Shown: positions 1 to 7,209 of the stretch, piece by piece
Numbering within the stretch: position 1 is the first letter of the stretch
How the letters are laid out: each line of letters opens with the position of its first letter
IMG/VR virus record: IMGVR_UViG_3300017760_000057
Origin: a virus
Direction: 5' to 3' (one strand)
DNA: 28,768 nt
Notes under the pieces: generated by a model
The model's input: the letters and a program-made list of their open reading frames with translations, nothing else
What the model was told of the DNA's origin: nothing
Databases searched by the model: none
Position numbers and translations under genes: made by a program

Positions 1-123
1 ATATCAGTAGTAGAAAATCCAGCAATAGAAGAAGATTTTATTGCACTTAAATCACAAGAGTTTAAACTTGCTGAGGTAGACAAAGAGAAACGCATTTTAA
101 TGGGTGCTTTACTAATTCCAAAT
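1..123. repeat. Left copy of the exact 123-bp terminal direct repeat (identical to 28646-28768)
   Basis: Base-by-base comparison of both window ends: atatcagtagtagaaaatcc...ttactaattccaaat is present at both. Confidence 0.95.
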
Positions 124-1158
124 AAGCCTATATACAGACGAAACGGAGAAGATGAATACTACATATACTTCTCAAAAGATACTGTCTTAAAAGCCTCACA
201 AATGTACTTAATGCAAGGCAAACAAAACAACTCAACCTTAGAACACCAATACCAAATAAACGGACTTAGTTTAGTAGAGAGTTGGATAGTAGAAGATAAG
301 GTACACGACAAGTCTGTAAAGTATGGTATGGATTTACCATTAGGTACTTGGGTAGGTGCTGTAAAAGTAAACAACGATAAGATTTGGAGTGAGTTTGTTA
401 AGACAGGTAAAGTAAAAGGGTTTTCTATAGAGGGTTACTTCGCTGATAAGATGGAACGACCAAAAGAGGCTATCAAAGATTTTAGTAGTGATAAAGTTCT
501 ACAAGAGATAGACGAAGCTGAGGCAGAATACTTATTAGCTCAAGTAAAGGCTATCATAAAAAATGACAAAAGATATAAGGGTGGTAAAAAGACTACTTTA
601 GAAAGTTACTCTGATTATCCAAGTGGTGTTAAAAACAATGCAAAGAGAGGCTTAGAGTTAAACGATAAAGTAAACAACAAATGTGCGACACAAGTAGGAA
701 AAGTAAGAGCACAACAATTAGCACAAGGTAAAGCGATAAGCGAAGAAACTATAAAACGTATGTACTCTTATTTATCAAGAGCAGAGGAGTACTATGATGA
801 GGGAGATACTAAAGCGTGTGGTACTATCTCGTATTTACTATGGGGAGGTAAAGCTGGTAAGCGTTGGGCAGAGAGCAAACTAAAAGAATTAGGTGTATTA
901 GAATTAGCAAGTGAAGTTGTAAGTGATACTATGGCTATTATTGATGATAGATTAGCTTATGCAACTAAAGAACTTGCTATAAAAGCTGCACAAGATATAG
1001 GATGTGATAAATACCACGAACACGAGTTTGAGGGTAAGACTTGGTATATGCCTTGTGAACAACACAACCTTAAAGCACCTTGTACTGCTGGTTATGAGCA
1101 ATACGGAATGAAAATGAAAAATGGTAGATTAGTACCTAATTGTATTCCAATAAAATGA
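1..1158 (+). CDS. Prohead protease-like (XkdF-type) multidomain head-maturation protein, 3' part. The real start is ATG 28592 across the circular junction, and ATG 100 is an internal Met.
   Basis: The frame is open from base 1 (ISVVENPAIEEDFIALK...) and is in phase with ATG 28592 through the repeat. The VENPAIEEDF / EKRILMGALLIPNKP / YYIYFSKD pattern matches what I recall of XkdF-family phage proteases. The gene sits directly upstream of the scaffold-like and capsid genes. The C-terminal half carries LLWGGKAGKRWA and Cys/His motifs. Confidence 0.6.
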   Translation: MSVVENPAIEEDFIALKSQEFKLAEVDKEKRILMGALLIPNKPIYRRNGEDEYYIYFSKDTVLKASQMYLMQGKQNNSTLEHQYQINGLSLVESWIVEDKVHDKSVKYGMDLPLGTWVGAVKVNNDKIWSEFVKTGKVKGFSIEGYFADKMERPKEAIKDFSSDKVLQEIDEAEAEYLLAQVKAIIKNDKRYKGGKKTTLESYSDYPSGVKNNAKRGLELNDKVNNKCATQVGKVRAQQLAQGKAISEETIKRMYSYLSRAEEYYDEGDTKACGTISYLLWGGKAGKRWAESKLKELGVLELASEVVSDTMAIIDDRLAYATKELAIKAAQDIGCDKYHEHEFEGKTWYMPCEQHNLKAPCTAGYEQYGMKMKNGRLVPNCIPIK

Positions 1159-1298
1159 GAAAGCTAATAAAGAAATTTATAACACCAAGTAAAACAAGTC
1201 CTAAAGGTAAACGTAGAGGTTGTTTATGTGAGGATAACACTTACAAGATAGAGTGTTGTGATGGTAGCCTTAGAGCGCAAGGTATAGGAAAAGTATAA
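1155..1298 (+). CDS. Small basic Cys-rich protein (47 aa), hypothetical
   Basis: Hand-translated as MRKLIKKFITPSKTSPKGKRRGCLCEDNTYKIECCDGSLRAQGIGKV. Its ATG overlaps the upstream stop as ATGA, which is the dominant gene junction in this genome. Confidence 0.4.
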   Translation: MRKLIKKFITPSKTSPKGKRRGCLCEDNTYKIECCDGSLRAQGIGKV

Positions 1299-1318
1299 CT
1301 AATAAATAAATTAATAAA

Positions 1319-1846
1319 ATGAACACATTTCAAAAGGTATTAAATCAATTATCAAAAGCACAAAAGTTGCAAGAAAAAACAGAACTAACAACACAAAAAG
1401 TAGAGTTAGGAATTGTAGATGATTTAAACAAAATTTTAAAGCCATCAGAAGAATTAATAAAACAAATTAAGTCTTTAGATAATGACATAAATCAATTAGA
1501 CAAAAATTCAAAAAGCAATAGTAAAAATATTGCTAAATTAAAGCAAGAAGTACAAAAACAGGAAGATAAAGTTTTTAAATTAGAAAGAGAATTTAGAACT
1601 TCAAGTAATGAATTAGAGCGAACGAAAAAACAATTTGATAGTGCAGTTTTTCAACAAAAGCAATATGTTAGTGATATTGACAAAAAGAACTCTAAACAAG
1701 ACCCATTAATAAAAGAAGCGAAAAAAAATATAGCAACTTTTGATAAATTAATAGACGAAGCTGAAAAAATGGCACAAGAGTTAGGTGTTAAAATACCTAC
1801 AGGCTCTTTTTCTAAAATGAGAGATAGATTAAGAAAAGTAATCTAA
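1319..1846 (+). CDS. Coiled-coil protein, possibly scaffold or head-assembly associated
   Basis: 175-aa ORF rich in K/E/Q with heptad-like composition, located between the protease and the acidic scaffold-like gene. Confidence 0.4.
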   Translation: MNTFQKVLNQLSKAQKLQEKTELTTQKVELGIVDDLNKILKPSEELIKQIKSLDNDINQLDKNSKSNSKNIAKLKQEVQKQEDKVFKLEREFRTSSNELERTKKQFDSAVFQQKQYVSDIDKKNSKQDPLIKEAKKNIATFDKLIDEAEKMAQELGVKIPTGSFSKMRDRLRKVI

Positions 1847-1852
1847 AAATGC

Positions 1853-1885
1853 AAAATTAATTTTTAACACTTATATATTAATATG
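1853..1885 (+). promoter_or_regulatory. Copy A of the repeated element AAATTA-N-TTATATATTA(A/G)TATG, ending in the start codon of 1883
   Basis: Exact TTATATATTAATATG at 1871-1885, with aaaattaa upstream. See the other copies at 4142, 19655, 21187 and 28561. Confidence 0.5.
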
Positions 1886-2506
1886 AACACGAATGATATG
1901 ATTAGTAAAATCAAAGAAGTTCTAAACTTATCCGAAGAAGTTAAGTTAGAACAACAGACGTTAGAAAACGGAACTGTCCTTGAGGCAGAAGCGTTTGAAG
2001 CTGGTAACGAAATCTTTATCGTAACAGAAGATGAGAAAGTAGCTGTACCAGTAGGAGAATACGAAATGGAAGATGGTCGTATTTTAGTAGTAGCAGAAGA
2101 AGGTCTTATTGCTGAAATCAAAACTGGAGAAGAAGAAGAAGTTGAGGAAGTAGAAGCAAAAGAAGAAGAAGAAGAAATGTACGCTACTAAAACTGAATTA
2201 GCTGAGGTTAAAGAAATGATTGAAGAAATCAAAGCTATGTTAGAGCCTAAAGAAGAAATGAGCGAGGAACTAAATGCTGATGAGTTAGGAAATCTTATGA
2301 CTGAGGAACTATGCAAACACGACAAGGTTGAGTTAAGCGAAGTGCCAGAGGAAGTACAAGAGGAGCTAAACAAACCATCTGCTGAGCCAATCGTTGCAAA
2401 TCCAGAGGCTAATACAAAAAATAATGATGGCTATAAATTTGGTAAAAATAGAAAACCAAGTATAGCTGATAGAGTAATGCAAAGAATAATTAATATTAAT
2501 AACTAA
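1883..2506 (+). CDS. Acidic scaffolding-like protein
   Basis: 207 aa, very Glu-rich (EEEEVEEVEAKEEEEE), predicted helical, immediately upstream of the major capsid gene. Confidence 0.55.
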   Translation: MNTNDMISKIKEVLNLSEEVKLEQQTLENGTVLEAEAFEAGNEIFIVTEDEKVAVPVGEYEMEDGRILVVAEEGLIAEIKTGEEEEVEEVEAKEEEEEMYATKTELAEVKEMIEEIKAMLEPKEEMSEELNADELGNLMTEELCKHDKVELSEVPEEVQEELNKPSAEPIVANPEANTKNNDGYKFGKNRKPSIADRVMQRIININN

Positions 2507-2517
2507 AATTTAAACAA

Positions 2518-3429
2518 ATGAGTGTAACAATTACAAGTTCGTATGCTGGAGAATTTGCTGGAAAATATATAGCTGCAAGTTTATTAGCTGCGAAAACAAT
2601 CGATGATGGTGCTATTACAGTATTACCTAACATCAAATACAAGGCTGCTATGAAAGTAGGAGCTTTCTCAAACTTAATTAAAGGTGCAAGTTGTGATTTC
2701 GATACAGCTACTTCAAGTTTGGCTTTAACTGAAAAGGTACTTACTCCAAAAGAGTTACAAGTAAACCTTGACATTTGCAAGAAAACACTTCACTCTGACT
2801 GGGAAGCTGCTCAAATGGGATATTCTGCATTTGATAACTTACCTCCACTATTTAGTGATTTCGTAATTTCAAGAGTTGCTGCTGAGGTTGCTTCTGCTAC
2901 AGAAACTTCTCTTTGGGATGGTGCTTCTGGTGCTGATGATTTTGATGGGTTTAGAGCTTTAGCTTTAGCTGATGGTACTGTAAATGATGTTACAGGAACT
3001 ACAGTAACTTCTGCTAACGTTGTTGCTGAACTTGGGAAAATCGTTGATGCTATTCCTTCTGGAGTATATGGTGCTGAGGATTTAAAAATATATGTATCAC
3101 AAAATATCTTTAAGGCTTATGTAAGAGCTTTAGGTGGATTTGCTGCTACTAACTCTGGTGTAGATGCTCAATCACATATGTGGTATCAAGGTGGTGCAAC
3201 TTCTTTTGATGGTGTTGATTTATACCCAACAAGTGGTTTAAGAGATAACTGTGCAATCGCAGCAAGAACTTCTAACTTATTCTTCGGAACAGGTCTATTA
3301 GATGACAGAAACGAAGTAAGAGTTATTGATATGGCTGAGAACGATGGTAGTATGAATGTGCGTATCGTTATGCGATATACTGCTGGTGTACAAATCGGTG
3401 TTGGTGCAGACGTAGTTCTTTACGATTAA
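2518..3429 (+). CDS. Major capsid protein (probably HK97-fold)
   Basis: 303 aa, Ala/Gly/Thr-rich, positioned after protease and scaffold and followed by a strong intrinsic terminator. The segment LTPKELQVNLDICKKTLHSDWEAAQM resembles capsid families I recall. Confidence 0.75.
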   Translation: MSVTITSSYAGEFAGKYIAASLLAAKTIDDGAITVLPNIKYKAAMKVGAFSNLIKGASCDFDTATSSLALTEKVLTPKELQVNLDICKKTLHSDWEAAQMGYSAFDNLPPLFSDFVISRVAAEVASATETSLWDGASGADDFDGFRALALADGTVNDVTGTTVTSANVVAELGKIVDAIPSGVYGAEDLKIYVSQNIFKAYVRALGGFAATNSGVDAQSHMWYQGGATSFDGVDLYPTSGLRDNCAIAARTSNLFFGTGLLDDRNEVRVIDMAENDGSMNVRIVMRYTAGVQIGVGADVVLYD

Positions 3430-3452
3430 TAAATTAAATTAACTAACATAAA

Positions 3453-3484
3453 GAGGGTGGGCAAAACTGCCTACCCTTTTTTAT
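3453..3484 (+). terminator. Rho-independent terminator after the capsid gene
   Basis: Stem gggtgggca (3455-3463) pairs with tgcctaccc (3468-3476) with one G-U pair. Loop aaac, then T6. Confidence 0.8.
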
Positions 3485-3497
3485 TAAAACAAATAAT

Positions 3498-4037
3498 ATG
3501 GCTTGTGCAATAACAAAAGGTAGAGGGGTTGGATGTAAGACTGCCTTTGCTGGAATTAAAAATATTTACATCTTAGATTATAGTGCTGTTGTAGCTGCAT
3601 TGTCAGATTCAAGTGGAACTATTACTCTACCTACTGATAACTCTGCTGAGTTTTTTAAGTTTGAAGTAAAAGGTGGGCAGTCTTCGTTAGAAACAGTAGT
3701 AAACTCATCAAGAGAAAATGGTACTACTTTTTACGAAAGTACTTTAAATGTAACTTTTCAAGTTTTAGACGTAGCGACACAAGAGGAGATAAAACTTCTT
3801 AATAGAGGTAGAGCTCACTACGTTATAGAATTATATCCAAATGGTGCTGGAGTTACTAAGTATTTACTATTAGGTAGAGATAATGGTGCTGAGATTACTG
3901 GTGGTACAATCGTAACAGGTGCTGCTGCTGGAGATTTACAAGGGTTTACTTTAACTGCTGTAGCAACTGAGGTATTTCCTCCGTTCTTCTGTACTGTACC
4001 AGATGTAGCTTCTGCTACGCCAATTAGTCCAGCTTAG
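3498..4037 (+). CDS. Virion structural protein, possibly the major tail (tube) protein
   Basis: 179 aa. N-terminal C..GRGVGCKTAFAGIKNIYIL and ...YESTLNVTFQVLD...HYVIELYPNG...LLGRDNGAEITGG resemble tail-tube families by recall only. The gene has its own terminator downstream. Confidence 0.4.
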   Translation: MACAITKGRGVGCKTAFAGIKNIYILDYSAVVAALSDSSGTITLPTDNSAEFFKFEVKGGQSSLETVVNSSRENGTTFYESTLNVTFQVLDVATQEEIKLLNRGRAHYVIELYPNGAGVTKYLLLGRDNGAEITGGTIVTGAAAGDLQGFTLTAVATEVFPPFFCTVPDVASATPISPA

Positions 4038-4054
4038 GTTTAAATATATTTTTG

Positions 4055-4062
4055 TATATTTG
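4055..4062 (+). promoter_or_regulatory. TATATTTG, a match to the Bacteroidota -7 promoter element TAnnTTTG
   Basis: Exact TAnnTTTG match in an intergenic region, one of four intergenic TATATTTGT copies. It lies upstream of a terminator rather than a gene. Confidence 0.4.
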
Positions 4063-4099
4063 TCCTATGTCTGTTTTTGGTTGACGACATAAAGAAATT

Positions 4100-4130
4100 A
4101 GCCATCTCTTAAAGGGGGTGGCTTTTTTTA
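4100..4130 (+). terminator. Rho-independent terminator
   Basis: agccatc (4100-4106) pairs with ggtggct (4117-4123) with one G-U pair and is extendable. It is followed by T7. Confidence 0.75.
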
Positions 4131-4141
4131 TTAATACAATA

Positions 4142-4175
4142 CAAAATAAATTAGTTTTGTTTATATATTAGTATG
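4142..4175 (+). promoter_or_regulatory. Copy B of the repeated element, ending in the start codon of 4173
   Basis: caaaataaattagttttgtttatatattagtatg. The first 12 nt and the TTATATATTA core are identical to copy D (28561-28594). Confidence 0.5.
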
Positions 4176-4523
4176 AAGTTAATAGGAACAAATGGGAATA
4201 AGACTTTTAAGGTAATTCCTAGACAATTTATTAATGGTGCAATTACTGTAAATCTTACAAGTGAAAGCACAGGAACTAATGTAAGTATTACACCAACAGG
4301 CTCAACGGATGGAAACTATATGTCTTTTGTTGCTGCTTTTGGTACATTAACTGAGGGCGATTTTTATACCTTAGAAATAAAAAATGGTACTGCTGTTATA
4401 TACAAGGATAGAGTTTTTTGTACAGACCAGACAGTAAACCAAACAAATAATGATTACTATTCAGTAAATGATGGAGAATACACCACAGAGAATAGTTTTG
4501 ATAACGATTATATTATTTTATGA
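4173..4523 (+). CDS. Small beta-rich virion-associated protein, hypothetical
   Basis: 116-aa ORF starting at the repeated element, with an ATGA overlap onto the portal gene. Its C-terminus NDGEYTTENSFDNDYIIL resembles the shared C-terminal peptide. Confidence 0.5.
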   Translation: MKLIGTNGNKTFKVIPRQFINGAITVNLTSESTGTNVSITPTGSTDGNYMSFVAAFGTLTEGDFYTLEIKNGTAVIYKDRVFCTDQTVNQTNNDYYSVNDGEYTTENSFDNDYIIL

Positions 4524-6340
4524 ACGATTTAAGAATAGTTAATTTAAGCACCTATACAAGTCCAGAGATTGTAGAGAAGTCTAACAAGAAATGGGTTGCT
4601 TACGGAAGTGATAATAATTACTTTGGGTACTTAATAGACAGATATAACGGAAGTCCTACAAACAATGCTATAATTAATGGTATTAGCCAAATGATTTATG
4701 GTAAAGGCTTAGATGCTTTAAATAGCAACAGAAAGCCAGAAGCATACGCTAAAATGATTACGTTATTTAATAAAGATTGCGTAAGAAAGTTATGTTATGA
4801 CTTAAAGCTAATGGGTCAATGTGCTATACAGATAATCTACTCTAAGGATAGAAAGACTATCGCCCAAGTAGAGCATATACCTGTAGAAAACTTAAGAGCA
4901 GAAAAGTGTAACGAAAAAGGACAAATAGCTGCTTACTATTATTCTGATAATTGGAGTAAAGTAAAACAAAGTACAGAACTAAAGAGAATACCATCTTTTG
5001 GTTTATCTAATGAAAACATAGAAATACTATATGTAAAACCTTACAGAGCTGGGTACAAGTATTATAGTAGTCCAGACTATCAAGGTGGTTTACAATATAG
5101 TGAGTTAGAAGAAGAAATAAGTAACTATCACTTAAACAACATTCTAAACGGATTAGCACCAAGTATGCTAATAAACTTTAACAACGGAACTCCAAACGCT
5201 GAGGAACGTCAAATGTTAGAGAATAGAATATATCAAAAGTTTAGTGGGTCAAGTAATGCTGGTAAGTTTATACTTGCATTTAATGACAATGCAGAGAGCC
5301 AAGCAACTATAGAGCCTATACAACTAAGTGATGCACATAATCAATACCAGTTCTTATCAGACGAAAGTAGTAAAAAGATAATGGTAGCACATAGGGTAGT
5401 AAGTCCTATGCTATTAGGAATTAAAGATAGTACAGGTTTAGGAAACAACGCAGATGAGTTACAGACTGCAAGTACGTTAATGGATAACACAGTTATTAGA
5501 CCATTTCAGCATCTTTTAATAGATGCCTTTGATGAGATATTAGCTTTTAATAATATTAGCTTAAAACTATACTTTAAGACCTTACAACCACTTGAGTTTA
5601 CAGACTTAGAAAACGTAGAAGACGAAGAAACAAGAGAAGAAGAAACAGGAGTAAAGTTAGCTAAGGAATTACCAGAAGATTTAGGTGTAGAAATAGCAGA
5701 TGCTTTAATTGACTTAGGAGAGGACGAGGAAGAGCTTTTAAGCGACTTTGACGTAATGGATGAGCGTGAGGTTAACTATGACGAAGAAGATGGCTTAGAC
5801 GAGGTTATTACGGACTTAAACAAACCAAAAGAAAAAAGCACACTTGCTAAAATATGGGAGTTTGTAAGTACAGGTAGTGCAAAGCCTTTTAGAGAGAGTG
5901 AGCAAGATGGAGAGAGCAAACAAGAAGCTGAGGAGGGTAATACTTTCTTAGTTAGATATATGTATTCTCCACAGAGATATAGTGCAAACTCAAGAAAGTT
6001 TTGTAAGAAAATGGTAGATGCTAAAAAGGTATATAGAAAAGAGGATATTATTTCTATGGATAAAAAAGTAGTTAATGCTGGTTTTGGTAAAGGTGGAAGT
6101 GATACTTATTCTATATGGCTTTACAAGGGTGGTGCGAGATGCCAACATAAATGGCTTAGAAAGACGTATGTGCGTAAAGATGGTGCAAAAGGTTTAGGAG
6201 ATGCTATAACAACGTCAGAGGCAAGGTCAAGAGGTTTTAAGCCAGAAGCAAACGCACAGAAAGTACCTGTAGCACCTAAAGATATGAAGTATAAAGGTTA
6301 TACTGCTGAGTATTGGAATAAAATAGGATTTAAGAATTAG
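4520..6340 (+). CDS. Portal protein fused to a C-terminal MuF/SPP1-gp7-like head-morphogenesis domain
   Basis: 606 aa. The N-terminus KWVAYGSDNNYFGYLIDRYNGSPTNNAIINGISQMIYGKG is portal-like. An acidic linker (EDEETREEE...GEDEEELLSDFD) follows. The C-terminal SRKFCKKM...YSIWLYKGGARCQHKW resembles the MuF-type motif. Confidence 0.7.
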   Translation: MNDLRIVNLSTYTSPEIVEKSNKKWVAYGSDNNYFGYLIDRYNGSPTNNAIINGISQMIYGKGLDALNSNRKPEAYAKMITLFNKDCVRKLCYDLKLMGQCAIQIIYSKDRKTIAQVEHIPVENLRAEKCNEKGQIAAYYYSDNWSKVKQSTELKRIPSFGLSNENIEILYVKPYRAGYKYYSSPDYQGGLQYSELEEEISNYHLNNILNGLAPSMLINFNNGTPNAEERQMLENRIYQKFSGSSNAGKFILAFNDNAESQATIEPIQLSDAHNQYQFLSDESSKKIMVAHRVVSPMLLGIKDSTGLGNNADELQTASTLMDNTVIRPFQHLLIDAFDEILAFNNISLKLYFKTLQPLEFTDLENVEDEETREEETGVKLAKELPEDLGVEIADALIDLGEDEEELLSDFDVMDEREVNYDEEDGLDEVITDLNKPKEKSTLAKIWEFVSTGSAKPFRESEQDGESKQEAEEGNTFLVRYMYSPQRYSANSRKFCKKMVDAKKVYRKEDIISMDKKVVNAGFGKGGSDTYSIWLYKGGARCQHKWLRKTYVRKDGAKGLGDAITTSEARSRGFKPEANAQKVPVAPKDMKYKGYTAEYWNKIGFKN

Positions 6341-6341
6341 T

Positions 6342-6842
6342 ATGGCAACAGCATTATTTATAAACAGGACAGATTTAGTCAAGAACTCAATACTTGATGG
6401 CAATGTAGACACAGATAAGTTTATACAATTTATCAAGGTTGCACAACAGATAGACATTCAGAATTTATTAGGAACAGACTTATACAACAAAATAAGTGGT
6501 CATATTATAGCTGGTAATTTAGCTGGTAATTATTTATCATTAGTAAACACTTATGTACAACCTACATTGATTTGGTTTGCTCAAATGAACTATATACCAT
6601 TTGCAGCTTATCAGATAAAAAATGGTGGTGTATTTAAGCATAGTAGCGAAACTGCACAGAACGTAGATAAGAATGAAGTAGATTATTTAGTAGGTAAGGC
6701 AAGAGAGTATGCTAATTATTATTCAACAAGATTAGTAGATTATTTAAGTTTTCACAATGATTTATTTCCAGAGTATAATAGTAACACAGATGAGGATATA
6801 AGTCCAGATACAGATACAACCTTTAAAGGATGGGTTTTATGA
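6342..6842 (+). CDS. Head-tail adaptor/connector-like protein
   Basis: 166 aa immediately after the portal. Helical N-terminal pattern (FIQFIKVAQQIDIQNLLGTDLYNKI) resembles gp6-type connectors by recall. Confidence 0.4.
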   Translation: MATALFINRTDLVKNSILDGNVDTDKFIQFIKVAQQIDIQNLLGTDLYNKISGHIIAGNLAGNYLSLVNTYVQPTLIWFAQMNYIPFAAYQIKNGGVFKHSSETAQNVDKNEVDYLVGKAREYANYYSTRLVDYLSFHNDLFPEYNSNTDEDISPDTDTTFKGWVL

Positions 6843-6890
6843 GATATAAAGTAAAAGAAACAAATTTAACAAAATTAAAAAATTACATAG

Positions 6891-7022
6891 ATGCCGATAC
6901 CAAAACCAAAAGCGAGAGAGAAGCAAAAAGATTTTATGATTCGGTGTGTAGCAGAGATGACAAAGGAATACAATAGAGAACAAGCAGTAGCGATATGCTA
7001 CCAAACATATAAAGACAAATAA
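6891..7022 (+). CDS. Small conserved phage protein (43 aa) with an F..RC...QAVAICY motif
   Basis: Hand-translated as MPIPKPKAREKQKDFMIRCVAEMTKEYNREQAVAICYQTYKDK. I recall this P.P...F..RC...QA.A.C pattern as recurrent in phage head modules. Its stop abuts the next ATG. Confidence 0.5.
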   Translation: MPIPKPKAREKQKDFMIRCVAEMTKEYNREQAVAICYQTYKDK

Positions 7023-7199
7023 ATGGCATTTGGAAAAATATACGATACGACTTATTGGGGTAATGGTGCTATAGATAACACTATAGGATGGGGTATAGTT
7101 TATAGAGATTATATTGACCCTACAACAGCTTTTGAAGTATTAGCTGAGAATGGAGATTATTTACAAACTGAACAAAACGAATATATAATAATAGAATAA
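7023..7199 (+). CDS. Small protein (58 aa) carrying the shared C-terminal peptide LAENGDYLQTEQNEYIIIE
   Basis: Hand-translated as MAFGKIYDTTYWGNGAIDNTIGWGIVYRDYIDPTTAFEVLAENGDYLQTEQNEYIIIE. It is tightly packed between neighbouring genes, just upstream of the tail fibre. Confidence 0.5.
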   Translation: MAFGKIYDTTYWGNGAIDNTIGWGIVYRDYIDPTTAFEVLAENGDYLQTEQNEYIIIE

Positions 7200-7209
7200 A
7201 TTTAAAAAA

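Noticed and set aside
100-1158. ATG 100 as the start of the first gene, as listed in the ORF track
   Set aside because: The frame is open back to base 1 and continues in phase from ATG 28592 through the terminal repeat. ATG 100 is an internal methionine created by linearisation of a circular contig.
1864-2373. 169-aa minus-strand ORF, Ser-rich
   Set aside because: It is the antisense shadow of the GAA/GAG-rich scaffold gene. It is low-complexity poly-Ser/Leu and lies entirely inside a well-supported + strand gene.
6839-6976. 45-aa ORF with an ATGA overlap onto the adaptor gene (MRYKVKETNLTKLKNY...)
   Set aside because: It overlaps the 6891-7022 ORF by 86 nt in another frame. That ORF carries a recognisable conserved motif (F..RC...QAVAICY) and abuts the next gene. 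Both cannot easily be real, and the motif-bearing frame is preferred.
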